Source of the DNA: a virus
Lineage: Duplodnaviria > Caudoviricetes
IMG/VR virus record: IMGVR_UViG_3300021255_000054
Length of the DNA: 64,000 bases
Strand: one strand, 5' to 3'
The notes under the pieces were generated by a model. It made no database searches. It was not told the origin of the DNA and saw only the letters and a program-made list of their open reading frames with translations. A program made the translations under genes and the position numbers. Positions 40,922 to 55,200 of the stretch are shown in pieces (the first letter of the stretch is position 1; each line of letters starts with the position of its first letter).

Positions 40922-42481
40922 ATGAGTAATTACATCACCCTTGAGCACTTAGATCAAACCGTTTGGTCCATTGTACAGAAAATCAACCAAGTAAAAGATT
41001 CTATTGCAGAAAGTGATCCAGTATTCGCGGCAAGCCCGGCCGCAGGGATTACTTAGAATTAGATTAATAATTGGAATAATAATATGTTTTCTTTAAATGC
41101 GCCAGAAAATGGCATAAGCTACTTATTATTGGGCGCAAATTCACAAAATGATCATTACGCATCTATATTACCAGTACACACATATGTTGATGATTCTACT
41201 GTAACCGTTTCGATCGGCGCTGATAATAAATCAGCATCTCTAGCATTTAGTACATATAATCAATATCGGTTAAATTTCACGCAGTCAAATATCACGAGCG
41301 ATAGAACATATTATTTACCTGATAAAACAGGTACTATTGCACTTGATTCTGATATACCTACGCTCACATCACTCGGGGCCGCGGCGAGTATTCATACTCA
41401 TGGTAATATAACTAATGCTGGTGATATTACTACGAATGTAGCAATTGCAAGTGGCGATAGACTAGTTATTAATGATGAAAGTCAAGCTGAATTAAATAAT
41501 TCTAGTATTACGTTTGGTACTGATACTACTCAATATTTATCTAATAATGGCACTTGGCAGACCATTCCATCATGGGCTTTAGCTTCAACTAAACCTACAT
41601 ATACAGCGAGTGAAGTCAATGCAGTACCTTACTTCGTCGAGGCTGGCCAAGGTGCGAGTACAGGTAAAATTATTAATACAGCATCTTCTATTAAATTATT
41701 ACAGTCTAAAGACTAGGCTGGAAATTCATCAATAACTATGCAAGGTTCTTCAGTAGAAGTATTAAGTTCAGCAACAAATGCTGCTTCTACATAGACCGCA
41801 TCTATAATTTTATCAACACAAGCATATCACACAGCTAACGCAATACAAAATATTGTTTTATCTGATGGTACGACTACTATTAATGGCGTAATAACTCCTA
41901 CTTCTGACTCAATGGCGGCCAATAAAAAATATGTCGATGACGCAGTAGCATCTATTGATGCAGCAGCAAGTAGCCATACTCATGGTAATATTACTAATAC
42001 AGGTGATATTACAACCATTGCAGCTATCGCTTCTGGTGATAGATTAGTTATTAATGATGAATCTGAAAGTAAATTAAATAATTCAAGTATTACATTTGGT
42101 ACGAAGACTACTTAGTATTTAGCTAATAATGGTACGTGGCAGAATTTAACACAATTATATAAGTATGCAGGCAGTGGAGATGGAAAAGTATCAGTAAATA
42201 GCAATCAAGTAACATTAGAAGCAAGCACGGAATCTCCTACATTTACACAAAATACATTAACCTTAACTGGTACAGCAACTACTATTAAAAAAGTTGTAAC
42301 TCCAACTGAAGATGGAGATGCTGCCAATAAGAAATATGTAGACGATACAGTAGCATCTGTCGCCGCATCTGGTGGAGTCTCTATTACCAATACACTGTCA
42401 TCCGGCACACTAATTGCCACTATAAACGGAACTAATATATACGCGCCAGCTTATACTGATGCAGATGGGGTGAGTTACTAA
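40922..42481 (+). CDS. Tail fibre protein with duplicated HTHGNIT repeat (TAG=Gln)
   Basis: Repeats HTHGNITN.GDITT..AIASGDRLVINDES and AANKKYVDD; single frame. Confidence 0.8.
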
Positions 42482-43260
42482 TGGCAAAAGTTTTAGTAAG
42501 TGACCAATACTTAACTCAAATTGCTACTGCAATTCGTACCCTTAAGGGAGTAACTGATACATATACTCCCGCGCAAATGGCGCCAGCTATTAATGCTATT
42601 ACCAAAAGAAGTAGTACTGACTTGACTATAAGCGGCGCAGCAGTAACTGCGCCAGCAGGCTATTATTCAGCTGATGCTTCTAAATCAGTCTCTACTATGA
42701 CATTACCCACTGCGGCCGCATCATCCGCCACATCTGGCTTTACTTCAAAAGCAACAATAGGTCGTAGTACTTCTAATCAATATATAAATATCCCAGTAGG
42801 GTACAATAGCACTGGCGGATACTATACAATAAGCGCAACTCCAAATGGTACCGCAACTGCGCCCGCTTCTATATCAGGCACAGCCGCTACCGTATCTACT
42901 GGAACTAACACATTAACCTTAACTAAGTCTGTATCAGTTACTCCTTCGGTAACAGCAGGATATATAAGCGCCGGTACAGCCGGGAACTCCAACGTTACCT
43001 TAACCGCGAATGTTACTACAAAAGCCGCCGCAACCATAACTCCAGGCACTTCAAGCCAAACAATTGCGGCAGGTACTTATCTAACTGGCACGCAAACCAT
43101 TACTGGTGATGCAGACTTAGTTGCTTCTAATATAATAAGCACTGCGAATATATTCGGTGTATAGGGAAGTGTAGTTGTGAATCATTATTATACAGGCACA
43201 ACTGCGCCTGCCTCTTCTTTAGGATCTAATGGAGATATTTATTTACAAACAGGAGAGTGA
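42481..43260 (+). CDS. Tail fibre/structural protein (TAG=Gln)
   Basis: LTQIATAIR...PAQMA; C-terminal SSLGSNGDIYLQ. Confidence 0.75.
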
Positions 43261-43264
43261 TTAA

Positions 43265-45643
43265 ATGCCTAAACAAAGTAGTATAACGAATTCAATCACT
43301 TTCCATCCATCTGGATATGATAGTTCCCATTCATCCTATTCAAGCATAAGTAGCAGCTATCCTATCACCAATGCATATGATAGCGCGTCTTCAACTAACT
43401 ATGCATATATTACCTGTAACACAGGTTCATATGCATCTACATATGTATCCTTTACATTTGACGTATCAAATGTTCCATCTGAAGCTACAATAGATTCTGT
43501 AGAATGTACAGCAAAAGTGCGCGTAAGTTCTACATCATATATTAGTACGGCAGTACTTCAATTATATAATGGCGGCACTGCAAAAGGTTCTTCTACAAAT
43601 GCGCGAACAACAACAGCAACAGAGTATAACTTAACTCCAGGTACTTGGACGCGTTCTGAATTAGATAATATTGAAGTAAGATATACAGGTACTCGTGGCT
43701 CAAGCAATAACACAAGGGCAGCCTATATATATTTCTATGGCGCCGATTTAGTAATTAATTATAGTGTCGATGGTATTTTGTATACAGTTACCGCAACAAG
43801 TACAGTTCAAGAAGTTACAGTTTCTCCTGCAACATAGGATATCCTACCAAATGGCACTGCCACTGTCATTATAAATGCTAATGATATTAGTGATTATAAT
43901 GTTACAGATAATGATGTAGATATTATAAATGAATTAGTTAGAGAATCTAATACACAATCAGGTACATTAAATACTAATTTAGGTGAATATACCTTAGTTA
44001 GTGGTAGTTTTAATAGCAACGCTACTTACTTTGCTAATATTGTAGGTAATGGTGAAGATGCAGCAACAACTTCTACAAGTGTATATTCTAGTGGTTCTGG
44101 AACAATTGCTGTCTTTACCTATGAAATGGGAATGACAGTACCATCAAATGCTATTATTAATCGCGTATGGTGTAACGTTAGCGCGCACGCGGAATCAACA
44201 TCGAATGCTAATGAATATATGTGCGCCCAACTTATTAGCGGCAACACCGAGTTAAGTGAAGAACATAACTGGAAAGAAACTGGTACTACCAACACTACAT
44301 ACACCTTAGAAGCAACAACATTGCCAACAGCTTCACAACTTGCTTCAATGAAATTACAATGTCGTGTTGGTTATTATGGCGGTGCGATCAATGGCGCGAC
44401 CGCGTATGTTCAATATGAAATTCCAGGTACTGGCTATCATTATGTATATACAATTACTGACATTGCCGCGGATCACGTAATCTTAGTTGATCTTGCGACC
44501 GCGTATATTCCGCCTGAAGAAGATCCGACATACACATACTGGCCTATAACAATATCCAGTATTAATGCGGATACCAATCCAGGTACAGGTACTACACGTG
44601 TCATAGAAGGTACTAATCAAACTATTACTATTACACCTACCGACCCATAGCTTACACTAGCTTTAGATAATGGTGTAGATATTACTTCTCAATTAGTTGG
44701 CGGCGTTCCTAATAACACTTATACAGTTACTACTCCTGCTTCAGCAGACTACGGTTTTAATTTAAATTCAAGTACTGGCTATTATGTTTCAACTAATGAT
44801 GGCATTAATAAAAGTGCATCCATAGCCCGGGTTAACTTAGATTTAGAAAGTGACTGCTTGGTTACATTCACATATATTAACTATGCAGAAGCCGGCTATG
44901 ACTATGGTATGTTTGGTAAATTAGATACCCAAATTGCTTATGATGGCTTAACAGCTTCAAGCGGCTCTTCAGTTCCATCAGATAGTACATCTAATTATCA
45001 ATATATATGTAGTAGTTCAAGTGACAATGTTAATAGTACGCGCACATTAACATATGAAGTATCTGCGGGTACACACTTTATAGAAGTAAAGTATGGTAAA
45101 GATGATGCTTCCAATAGCGGCAATGACTCATTACAGTGGAAGGTAGAATTAGAGGCTACTTCTGCTGGCGGCGAATATACATATACATTAACTAATATTA
45201 CATAGAAACATAGCTTAATATTCGTATTTGGTAATGTTAGTTATTACTTTGTTACTTCAACTGGTACTGGTTGCCGCTTATTCCCTGATGGTTAGCAAGT
45301 TAAACTTGAGGGTCAAGGCTATATAATTAATATAGTACCCGATGATATTGCTTATAAAGTATCAATCACAGATAACAATGTTGATAAAACATCAGAACTC
45401 GCGCGATTAGATGGCGTAGATAAAAATAATAATGCAGTTGTTAGTTATAGTTATGCGTTAACAAACATTACAGCAACACATAATTTAAACATTATATGCG
45501 AACCATCGAATGAGTTATTCTGGAAATCAAATGGCGCTTGGATTAAAGTAACAAAAATATATTATAAAGAGAATGGAGATTGGCGCGAAAAAGACATTAC
45601 TTTCTTGAGTGATCAAAATCTTCAAAATTTTGTATAGGGATGA
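43265..45643 (+). CDS. 792-aa Ser/Thr-rich beta-sandwich virion/receptor-binding protein (TAG=Gln)
   Basis: Three track ORFs in one frame; repeated VTDNxVD and YTLTNITxxH modules. Confidence 0.75.
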
Positions 45644-45665
45644 TGAAAATCATCCCTCTTTTTTA
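45637..45665 (+). terminator. Intrinsic terminator
   Basis: GGGATGAT/ATCATCCC hairpin plus T-run. Confidence 0.75.
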
Positions 45666-45715
45666 TTTGACTTTCTTTAATTTTATGGTATAATTAAATT
45701 AAGAAAGGAGATAGA

Positions 45716-45973
45716 ATGATGGATTATACACCAGAGCAATTAAGAATAATCACGCGAATTCATAAGAATGATTGGGTTGAAGAAGAATGGCAAGATATTC
45801 AAAAGAAACTACATCGTCAAGCACAAGATGGTGAATATAGGGCAGTTATTGGGCATATATGTCCAGAAAATATTGAAAAGTTGCGTGCCGCAGGCTTTTC
45901 AGTAAATAGTTATCCTGGTAGTGTAGTAAATTGTCATACATATGAAATAGATTGGAGTGAAGATAATGGATAA
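45716..45973 (+). CDS. Hypothetical protein
   Basis: TTGACT/TATAAT promoter at 45668; AAGGAG SD. Confidence 0.7.
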   Translation: MMDYTPEQLRIITRIHKNDWVEEEWQDIQKKLHRQAQDGEYRAVIGHICPENIEKLRAAGFSVNSYPGSVVNCHTYEIDWSEDNG

Positions 45974-46742
45974 TACTAGTCTTGGAGATAGAATGAAAAC
46001 TTATGAAGGAGTTGAGCGCAGATACCTAACTCGGCGCGAACCCCTTATTGTTCGTATTGATGGCGTACATTTTCATAGCTTTACAAAAGGATTCGAGCGC
46101 CCATTTGATGAGGTATTTCTTACCTGTATGCGTAATACTATGCTTGAGTTATGTAGAAATATTCAGGGCGCGCGACTTGGATATACCCAATCTGACGAAA
46201 TCTCACTTCTTCTACTTGATGATGACACTATTGAAACTGAGCCTTGGTTTAAGAAGAACATTCAAAAGATTGTAAGTGTTTCCGCCGCAATGGCTACTTT
46301 CTTCTTTAATAAAGAATTTGATTTGGCGTGTGCTACTTCGCAAGCATCTAGTGGTATGATGGACGCCTATATTAAAAATAAGATGGCAATCTTTGACGCT
46401 CGCGCATTCATCCTTCCTCGTGAAGAAGTTATGAATTATTTTGTTTGGCGCCAGCAGGATTGTACGCGCAATTCTATTCAGTCTGTCGGTCAGACTTACT
46501 TCTCTCATAATCAGCTTTTCGGCAAGTCTTGTAATGATATTCAGAATATGCTTCTAACAGAGCATAATATCAATTGGAATGATTATGAAATTGCTCTAAA
46601 GCGTGGTGTTTGCGCGCGAAGGGTTAAGAAAAATCTGCTTCATACAACTTGGGAACTTGATATGAGTATTCCTATCTTTAATCAGCAACCTGATTATGTT
46701 GAGGATATTGTATATCATAGAGGAGACTATGGGGTTATTTAA
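45966..46742 (+). CDS. thg1: tRNA(His) guanylyltransferase Thg1-like protein
   Basis: VRIDGVHFHSFT, GYTQSDEISL, FDARAF, YF.WRQQDC.RNSI. Confidence 0.92.
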   Translation: MDNTSLGDRMKTYEGVERRYLTRREPLIVRIDGVHFHSFTKGFERPFDEVFLTCMRNTMLELCRNIQGARLGYTQSDEISLLLLDDDTIETEPWFKKNIQKIVSVSAAMATFFFNKEFDLACATSQASSGMMDAYIKNKMAIFDARAFILPREEVMNYFVWRQQDCTRNSIQSVGQTYFSHNQLFGKSCNDIQNMLLTEHNINWNDYEIALKRGVCARRVKKNLLHTTWELDMSIPIFNQQPDYVEDIVYHRGDYGVI

Positions 46743-48723
46743 AAGAAAGAAGAAGGAACCAGAACTCGCGCCCGAACCAGAACCAGTGAAAACCCCGTGT
46801 GAAATTTTTGGGCATATGTGGCAGGATTTTCCCTGGTTTATTGTATCTAAATATGACGCGGATAAGGTGTGCCCTTCTCAAATTCTAGTAAAAGAAATAT
46901 ATGTATGCCGTATTTGTCACGAAACGAAAGAAGTCACTCTTTCAGAATATGTTTCTGATTGTAAGCATAGGGAACACGTGGACAGAGTAGAAGCAATAAA
47001 AGAAGAATTAAAAGACCATATTAAACCGCAAGAAGTAGTAATGGATATGGTTCATGATACTATTTTAGTTGATAGAGAAAAATTAAAGTATTGGGAGCAG
47101 CTTCACGCGCCCAAGGAGAATAAAAATGAAACCACTAATAGATCAAGCGAAACTACTACAGACCTTGGTTACGTCGTACGACGTTGAAGCGGGCGAGAAG
47201 GTCTCAGTAGCTAAGATATATAATATGATATTAAGCGCGCCACTTGAATATCATAGTGAAGGATATTGGTATCCAGCAATGGATGGAAATGGGTGGCGCT
47301 GCTCTATTTGCGGCCACGATATTTGTTATAATACATTCGAAGGCGATGATGAATGTTATTGTAAATCTTGTGGCTCATATATGGTTAATCATAATGAGTT
47401 TATGTTAGATAATAAAAAAAGGGAATTTGGATTAGTATGAGTAATTATATTTGTCCGCGTTGCGGGAAATCTGATTATTATGAATTATATAGGACGAGCA
47501 CACTAATAGGATGGCAGCCGCACTATGTTAATGGGGAACTTGTAAATGAAGATCCTAATTATCATAATGTAGTATGCTGTTGTATTCAATGCGGTAAGCA
47601 GTTTTCTGCGCGCGAAGAACCAAAATTTTCGCGCACTCCAAGGCGTGATATCAAGGCCGATAGGGCTAAGTATGTTCAGGAAGTAATGACAAAGCATCAG
47701 TGTCCAGTATGCGGATACTTATACTTCGCATTTACCGATGATGCAGAATGTCCTAATTGTAAGGGAGAATAATAATGAAAGAGATATTGTGTCGAGTATT
47801 AAATCGCCATAAATGGCAAGCATTAGGTACTTCTCGTGACGGTTTATATCGGCGCTATACTTGTACTAGATGCGGAATGGAAAAATGGCGAAGAATTTTT
47901 TCTTGACTTTTATTTAAATTTATATTATAATTTAATTGAAAGGAGCGAGAAGATGAAAATTTTTAAACGTTTCGAAGAGGAAGATTTGCGGCAGTTAGTA
48001 GCAGAGAAGTTACATATTGATATTAATAAGGTAACTGCCAACTACACTGAAGAATGGGAAGATGAGCATTATGAGCCGGTCTTCTATATTGAGGTGGAAG
48101 AAGATGGAAGAAGACCGGATTGTTGATATATTAGTAACGCTTGCCATATTACTTATCCTCATTCTTAAACTTTGTGGCGTTATTAAATTGTCTTGGTTTT
48201 GGATTTTATCACCGATTTGGATTGTACTTTCATTTGGTTTATTGTTGGCGTTAGCTTTTATGATTGTTATGATAATAGAAGGAGTATATTGGAAATGACT
48301 TTTGGTATTAATAAGGATATGTGTCAGTTTTTTGTTAAAGAAGAGGAACGAACTATTGTATGTAAGATTCCGAATACTACATACAAACTAATTGAATACC
48401 TTGATGAGAGGTTTGATTGGGATGATATTATGTTTGATTGTACTGAGAAGGTATTCGATGAACTAAAGATGCCTGGTTGGTTTATTGGCAAGGCTGTATG
48501 CGCTGATAACGATGAATGGGATGAAGAACTAGGCAAGGATATTGCTTTTATGCGCGCGAAGGATAAGTTCTATAAGTGTTTCTTTAAGCGCGCACAGCAG
48601 TATGTGAATAGGATTGAACTGCGGCTGACTGAGCTATGTGATGAATTTAATAATATTGGTGAGAAAGTTAGCACTAAGATGAGTGATAAAAAGCGCTCCA
48701 TTGATGAACGACTGGGAGATTAA
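46729..48723 (+). CDS. Cluster of small genes, several Zn-ribbon and one membrane protein (46729-47187, 47126-47440, 47437-47772, 47953-48126, 48104-48298, 48295-48723)
   Basis: Intact standard-code ORFs; CxxC pairs. Confidence 0.65.
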
Positions 48724-48725
48724 GT

Positions 48726-49151
48726 GTGAATATACGATATTTTAAATTTGCCAAGCAAGCTTCTTTGAAGGCTACTTATCAAGGTTCTAATAATTTCGCG
48801 CCAGCTATTGGCGCTATTGCGGTCTATAAAGGAAGTATTGTAGCAGAGGCTTGGAACTCAGATAAGACTTCACCTTTGCAGGCAAAATATAATATATATC
48901 GTTTTCGCGCGAATACCCCAGATAAAACTCATTGTGAAACCCAATTGGTACAGAAGCTCCGGTGGAAGTTTGGAGACAGTATTGATTGGGGTAAAGTACA
49001 TATTTATTTGTATCGAGCACATAAAGATGGCTCACTTGCACTTGCTCGTCCTTGTGCTTCTTGTATCGCAATGTTTTTGGATTTTAAAATTAAACATATC
49101 TACTATACAACTGAAAATGGATATGCAGAAGAATATTTGAGCGGCAATTAA
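48726..49151 (+). CDS. CMP/dCMP-type zinc deaminase
   Basis: HCE and RPCASC motifs. Confidence 0.8.
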   Translation: MNIRYFKFAKQASLKATYQGSNNFAPAIGAIAVYKGSIVAEAWNSDKTSPLQAKYNIYRFRANTPDKTHCETQLVQKLRWKFGDSIDWGKVHIYLYRAHKDGSLALARPCASCIAMFLDFKIKHIYYTTENGYAEEYLSGN

Positions 49152-49268
49152 GCCGCTTATTTTTTTTATTTATTGGGAAAAAGAAAGAGTTGTTTTGTAC
49201 TTTTGGAAATACAAAAATATAGAGAAAAGTCATTGTACTTTTCAATTTGAGAAAAAGGAGGTAATGGT

Positions 49269-52200
49269 ATGGCGTATGAAAAATTCAATCCTACGACTTA
49301 TAGTAATTCTACTTGGTCTACTGGAGACCCAATTACGTAGGAACGAATGAATAAAATTGAGACGGGTATAAATCAAGTTACGCAAGATGTTATTAAAGTT
49401 GATTCTAATGCTGATGCTTTATATGATAGTATTGCCGAAATAGATACTATAGCACGTAATGCGGGTACTACAGCGAGTAATGCTTAGACATTAGCTTAGT
49501 CAGTATCAAATGAACTGCCTGCAATAGATTAGAAGGCATCACATGGTGAATCTGCTTATAGTGCATTATCTGCAGGTATAACTGAATTTAATGCCCCGAG
49601 TATGGGTTTGCTGATGAATACTATTAAAACTTATATCAACACTGAGAATAGTACATAGAATAGTACAATCAGTTCTCATACTACAGATATAGGCGCTTTA
49701 CAAGGCGTTATTCAAAACGCTATCATTGCAACACGTAATAATGCAGTTGTAGCAAGTTCTCCAATAGAAACTCTCGCGGCTCGTATCTTAAATCTTTATG
49801 ATACTATTAGAGCAGTAGATGATAGAGTTACAACTATTGGTCAAAATACTAATGACACTGCCGGTATGATTCGTGATGAAAAATATTCTAGCCGTTTAGA
49901 TGCGTTAGATGGCGGAAAAGAAACTGTTTATTCTGGTAAAACTGTACCTGAAATTAATTAGGAATTAAATGATGCTCATACTTCTACTGCTATTAAAACT
50001 AATAATAAAGATACTGTTTATAATAGTTTAGATGAACGTTTGGAAGCATCAGAAAATAAGTTAGTAACAGTAGAAAATGAAGTTGTAACTGCTCGTGGTT
50101 CTAGTGCAAGTTTAAATGTTCGTTTAAGTCAAATTGATGGTTCAGGCGCAAATACTCAGGCTACTAGAATTAGTAATCTTGAAAATGAGGTTACTACTGC
50201 GCGTGGTGAAAGCGATAATTTAAATGCTAGATTAAATACTATGCTTACTACTAATGATGTTAAAAATAATTTATAGTATGTAAGTACTGGTGCTGATGAT
50301 CGCTCTGTATTACATGCGGCGTAGGGTAAAGCATTAAATGATAGATTAACATTAGCTGAGCAAGAAATTGCAAATGCGCATCGTGAATTAGGTACTGATC
50401 CAGAGACTGGAAACGCTATTGTTGATACATTAGATAAGCGTTTCGATGAATTAGAAGAAAGCGTTGCTGGTATTGATAATATATTAGATGGCGCATTAGT
50501 TTCTTCCATCGTGCGTACTCCCGGTGAGAATGACGGAGATCCAGATACTGATACTACATATGCTAATTTGGATGCACGTTTAGAAGCAATTGAATCTCAC
50601 GCAGCCGCAGTTCGTACCGATGTTAATGCTATGGCGGAAGAATTAGATATGCTTGATGGTACTGCTATTAAAAATACTAATACTAGAATTGATAGTATTG
50701 AGGGCGAGATTGATGCAGCTCATCGTACTGATGATGATACATTAAGTGCTCGTTTTAGTGCGGTTGAATCAGGCGTTTCTGGTTTAAATTCTACTATTAC
50801 TAATGCAGAAACTGGTCTTGCTAAGACAAAAGAAATTGCTGATGAAGCTTTAGATAAAGCAAATAAAGCGGCAGTGGCTACTGAGGTTACTAGTGCATTA
50901 GCGGGTAAGGCTTCTACTTAGAGTGTAAGTGACTTATCTGATAGAGTGACTACACTAGAAGAATCAGGGACTGTTGTAATAGATAATGTTACTTATGATA
51001 ATGATGGTAATCCTAGTAATATAGGAACTACACCATCTCCAGATGTAGATTATTTATTAAAGAAAGGTGACAAATATTATTATTGGAAATATATTCCAAA
51101 TAATACAGTTCCAGTAACATATACATGGGCTTTAATCAGTGGTGGTTCTAGTGAAGGTGGCGGCGGAACCTCATCTGCATAGATTGTAGCTACTTTACCC
51201 GCGGCTGAAGCAGCTGATATAAATACTGATTATTATGTAGGAAATAATAATGATGGATACTTACATTATCGTTATATTGAACAGAGTGGAAGTTCTACAT
51301 TATTACCAATATTAATTGGCGTTGATCCTGCTAAGTTAAAAACATATAATATGATTAAGACTACTGGTGGTACTGAATCAGAGCCTATTAATTATTTGGA
51401 TCTATATGAATTTAATTATGGTGAAAGTAATACTTTAAGAGACGACGATTTGCCTTCAGATACTAAACGTATCGCTCATATTGTACTTCCACAAGGTGGC
51501 GGCGGTAGTGCTACTACAGCTAATACCAAGTTAGTACGTATTGCGCCAACTTCAATTACTACTATCTTTAATAAGCAAGGCATCTTTTTAAGATTCTTTT
51601 ATTCTTGCTATGACAACAGTGGAGAGTCTCATGAAGGTACCTATTCATTACGTAATAGTAATAATATTGAACTATTAACAGGTAAAATTAATAGTGGTGC
51701 AATTGATGCTACAGTAAATGGATGGCCCGAGGGACGTGCGGATGGAATTACATATGATGATGGATATGTTTCTCTTAATGTAGAATCATTCTGTAGATTA
51801 GGTATGAATACTTTTAATTTAGTAATGACTACCGGTACAAATGAAACTCTTTATCGTCAATATACAGTTGATATTAAAGAATTACGTTTGGAATCTAATG
51901 CACCAGAAACATTAATCACTGATTTAAATTCTACTGCTGAATTAGTCTATACACCTTTTGGCGCACTAGAAAAATATTTACATGTATCTGTTGATGACAA
52001 TGAAATTGATACAGTACTTTTACGCGCGAATAATACTGGTAATGAATTAACATATAATATTCCTGCTTAGGCGCAAGGGCATCATAAAATACAATTTTAT
52101 CTTTCTACTGAACTTAATGGTAAGACAATCAATACTGATCCACCAATCACTAGAGATTATATTTGGCGTGATAGTACAGCAGAAGATATTACAATATTGG

Positions 52201-55200
52201 CTTCTTCATACCGTGATAGTATTAAAGAAGTTACTTAGTATGATGAAGTAGAAATTCCTTATACTCTTTATTCTACTGATTCTTCTGTATTAGTAGAATA
52301 TTATTATGATTATAATCCAGAACAAGAGAATACACCTTTCTCTTCTGCAATATTAACTAATACCAATAGCGGTATTTTACGTTATAGTGCTAATGAAGCA
52401 GGCGATCATACATTAACTATTAAAGCTAATGATGCTATGATTACTATTGGTTTAGATGTAACAGATCTACCAATTGACATTGCTCCCGTGGGCGGCGCAA
52501 TTATTGACTTTAATCCTGCTTTATTAACTAATACTTCAGTTGGGCGTGAGCCTGAATGGGTTGTTAATAAGGGATTAGCTAATGAAAAAACATATAAATT
52601 ATCTGTATCTGATAACTTTAACTGGTCCACTAATGCAGAAGATAGTGGTGGTGGCTATCGTGATGATGTTGATGGCAAATGTTTTGTCATTCGTGCTGGA
52701 GACTATGCTACTTTAAATTATAAAATGTTTACTCAAAACAATGTAGGAACTGGCGGTATTACTAAAACTACTAGTAAAGTTTTTGATCAGGGCGTAGAAA
52801 TGAAAATTATTTTTAAAGTTTCTGCTGTTCGTGATGCTAAAGCAGTTTGGCTAACAAATATGGGTAAATATGTTGCTACAGATGATAAGCAAGTAGGTAT
52901 TGAACTTAGCGCACATAGCGGTAGATTAATGACTGATAAAGCCACTTCAACTGCAACCAAAGTTACAGAAGAAGATATTATTGAATAGGGCTATGCATTA
53001 TGGGAGGCTAATCATACTTATACTCCTGGCGATATTGTAGTAGTTAAAAAGAAAACTATTTATGAATGTATTACAGAAACCATTAATTCAGTCTTTGATG
53101 ATGATGAAGAAAAGAAATGGCGTAAAATTGGTCAGCTTGAAACTGAAGTCAGTGCAACAAATAGTTACCTATATTTCCCTTATTCTGAAGATGATAAGAT
53201 TGAGTTAGACATTAATATTAATAAGACTGGTAATGGCGAAGACTTTATTATGTCTTATGAAGATGGCGTTCCTAGCAAAGCATATCCTTATGATTACGCC
53301 GCGGGCGGCGATATCTTATATCAAATAATCGGACAGGAATCTGATATTCGTATTGGTTCTCCTGACTGTGACGTTTATATTTATCATATTAAAATTTATG
53401 ACAATGCTCTTCAAACTAATCAAATTTTAAAGAACTTTATTGCAGATGGTAAGGATATTAATGAACGTGTTAATAGATATAATCGTAATAGTATCTATTA
53501 TAATAGTTCTACTGGTGAATTTACTCCATATGCTAGCTCTAGTGCTATATTAGATCCTATTCAGCTTGCAAAACAATTACCTGATGTTAAAATATTAATG
53601 TTAGAGACTCCTCGTTTTACTACTGGTAAAAAGGACTTTGTACGCGGGACTCTACGTTGTATTCAAGCAAAGGGCGGGAAAGTTTATCCTGCGACTGATG
53701 AAGATAACTGGTTCTTCTTTAATGGCTATCATGCGGGGCAAGGAACTACATCTGATAACTATGGTCAATCTGCACGTAATGTTGACTTCTTATTTGAATG
53801 TGATGGGGTACATTATCCAACTAAGAAAAAGAATTTGACTGACTTTGAAAAGAATTGGCGGTCTGCAGTTATTCATGGGAATGAAGGTTCGGTTTATCGT
53901 GATTTACGTGACCCAGCAAACCCTGCTGATAATCAAGTTATACGTGGACAATGGGAAGCCGCTTAGGGCGCGACTATTGATGAATGTATTTATGATGAAA
54001 ATCATGGAGGATGGATGGGTGCAGAATGTAAAGTATCATTAACCCATGATGCAGATAGCGGTGAAGATACATCAATTCCTAACAATTACTTCAATTTAAA
54101 AGTTAATGTTGCTTCTTCTGAGAATGTAAATAACGCTCTATTCCAGAAGAGATATAATGATTTCTTACCATATACTTCTCCCGCAAAACAGCGTGATAGT
54201 CGTATTAAAAATGGTATGGAATTTGTACCTGCAATTCTATTTATTCGTGAGACTGGTACAGGATCTCATAGTGAATTTAAGGATAATAACTGGCACTTCT
54301 ATGCATTAGGAAATATTGGTGACTCTAAAAAGTCAGACTATACTCGTGCGTATGATCCAGAAGATATGAATGAATTCACTATTGAAATTTCTGATAATAA
54401 TACCGCAAACTCTCAGTTCCAGTCTGGCGTTTATAAAAATGCTTCAACTAATAATGTTGAAACTATTGAGACTAGCGCAACCGAAACTGATCCAATGGAT
54501 TATGTATATCCAATTAGCTCTGAATAGTGGAATACGAAAGACGAACAGGGACAATATATTAATTATCGTCATAAAACACTTTCTACAGAAGATTTTGATG
54601 GAGACCATTCATTTGAATTCCGTTATGCTTGCTGTGGTGATTATCGTGATGGCGATTTAATTAATGACACACATGGTGATAGTACAGTACCAAATCCTGA
54701 TCCCGAAGAAGCAAATGATAAACCATATCTTACTAAAGATGATGTACAGTTTGATTTAAATCGTGGAATATGGGAAGCATTCTATGAATGGGTTGTCACA
54801 GCAGATGAAACACAATTCAGAAATGAAGCTTCTTTATGGATCGTGCCCGAAGCTATGGAATTCTTCTATGCATTTACTCATTATTATACAATGATGGATA
54901 ATCGCGCAAAAAATACATTCTGGCATTTTGCTAAAACTAATGTATGGAAAAAAGTTCCTATTGGACGTGCTGTTCCTGCATTATTCCATATATATGAAAT
55001 AGATGATGGTAACGGTGGGCATAGACCAATTGAAGCAACAGAAACTTTTGATAATACAAAACAATATTGGACACAATATGCTTTTGATCTCTGGATATAT
55101 GATACTGATACAGCTTGTGGTATTGATAACAACGGTGAATTAGTATTTCCATATGGTAAAGAAGACTTAGATTATCGTGAAGCTAATGACCCGAACTCTG

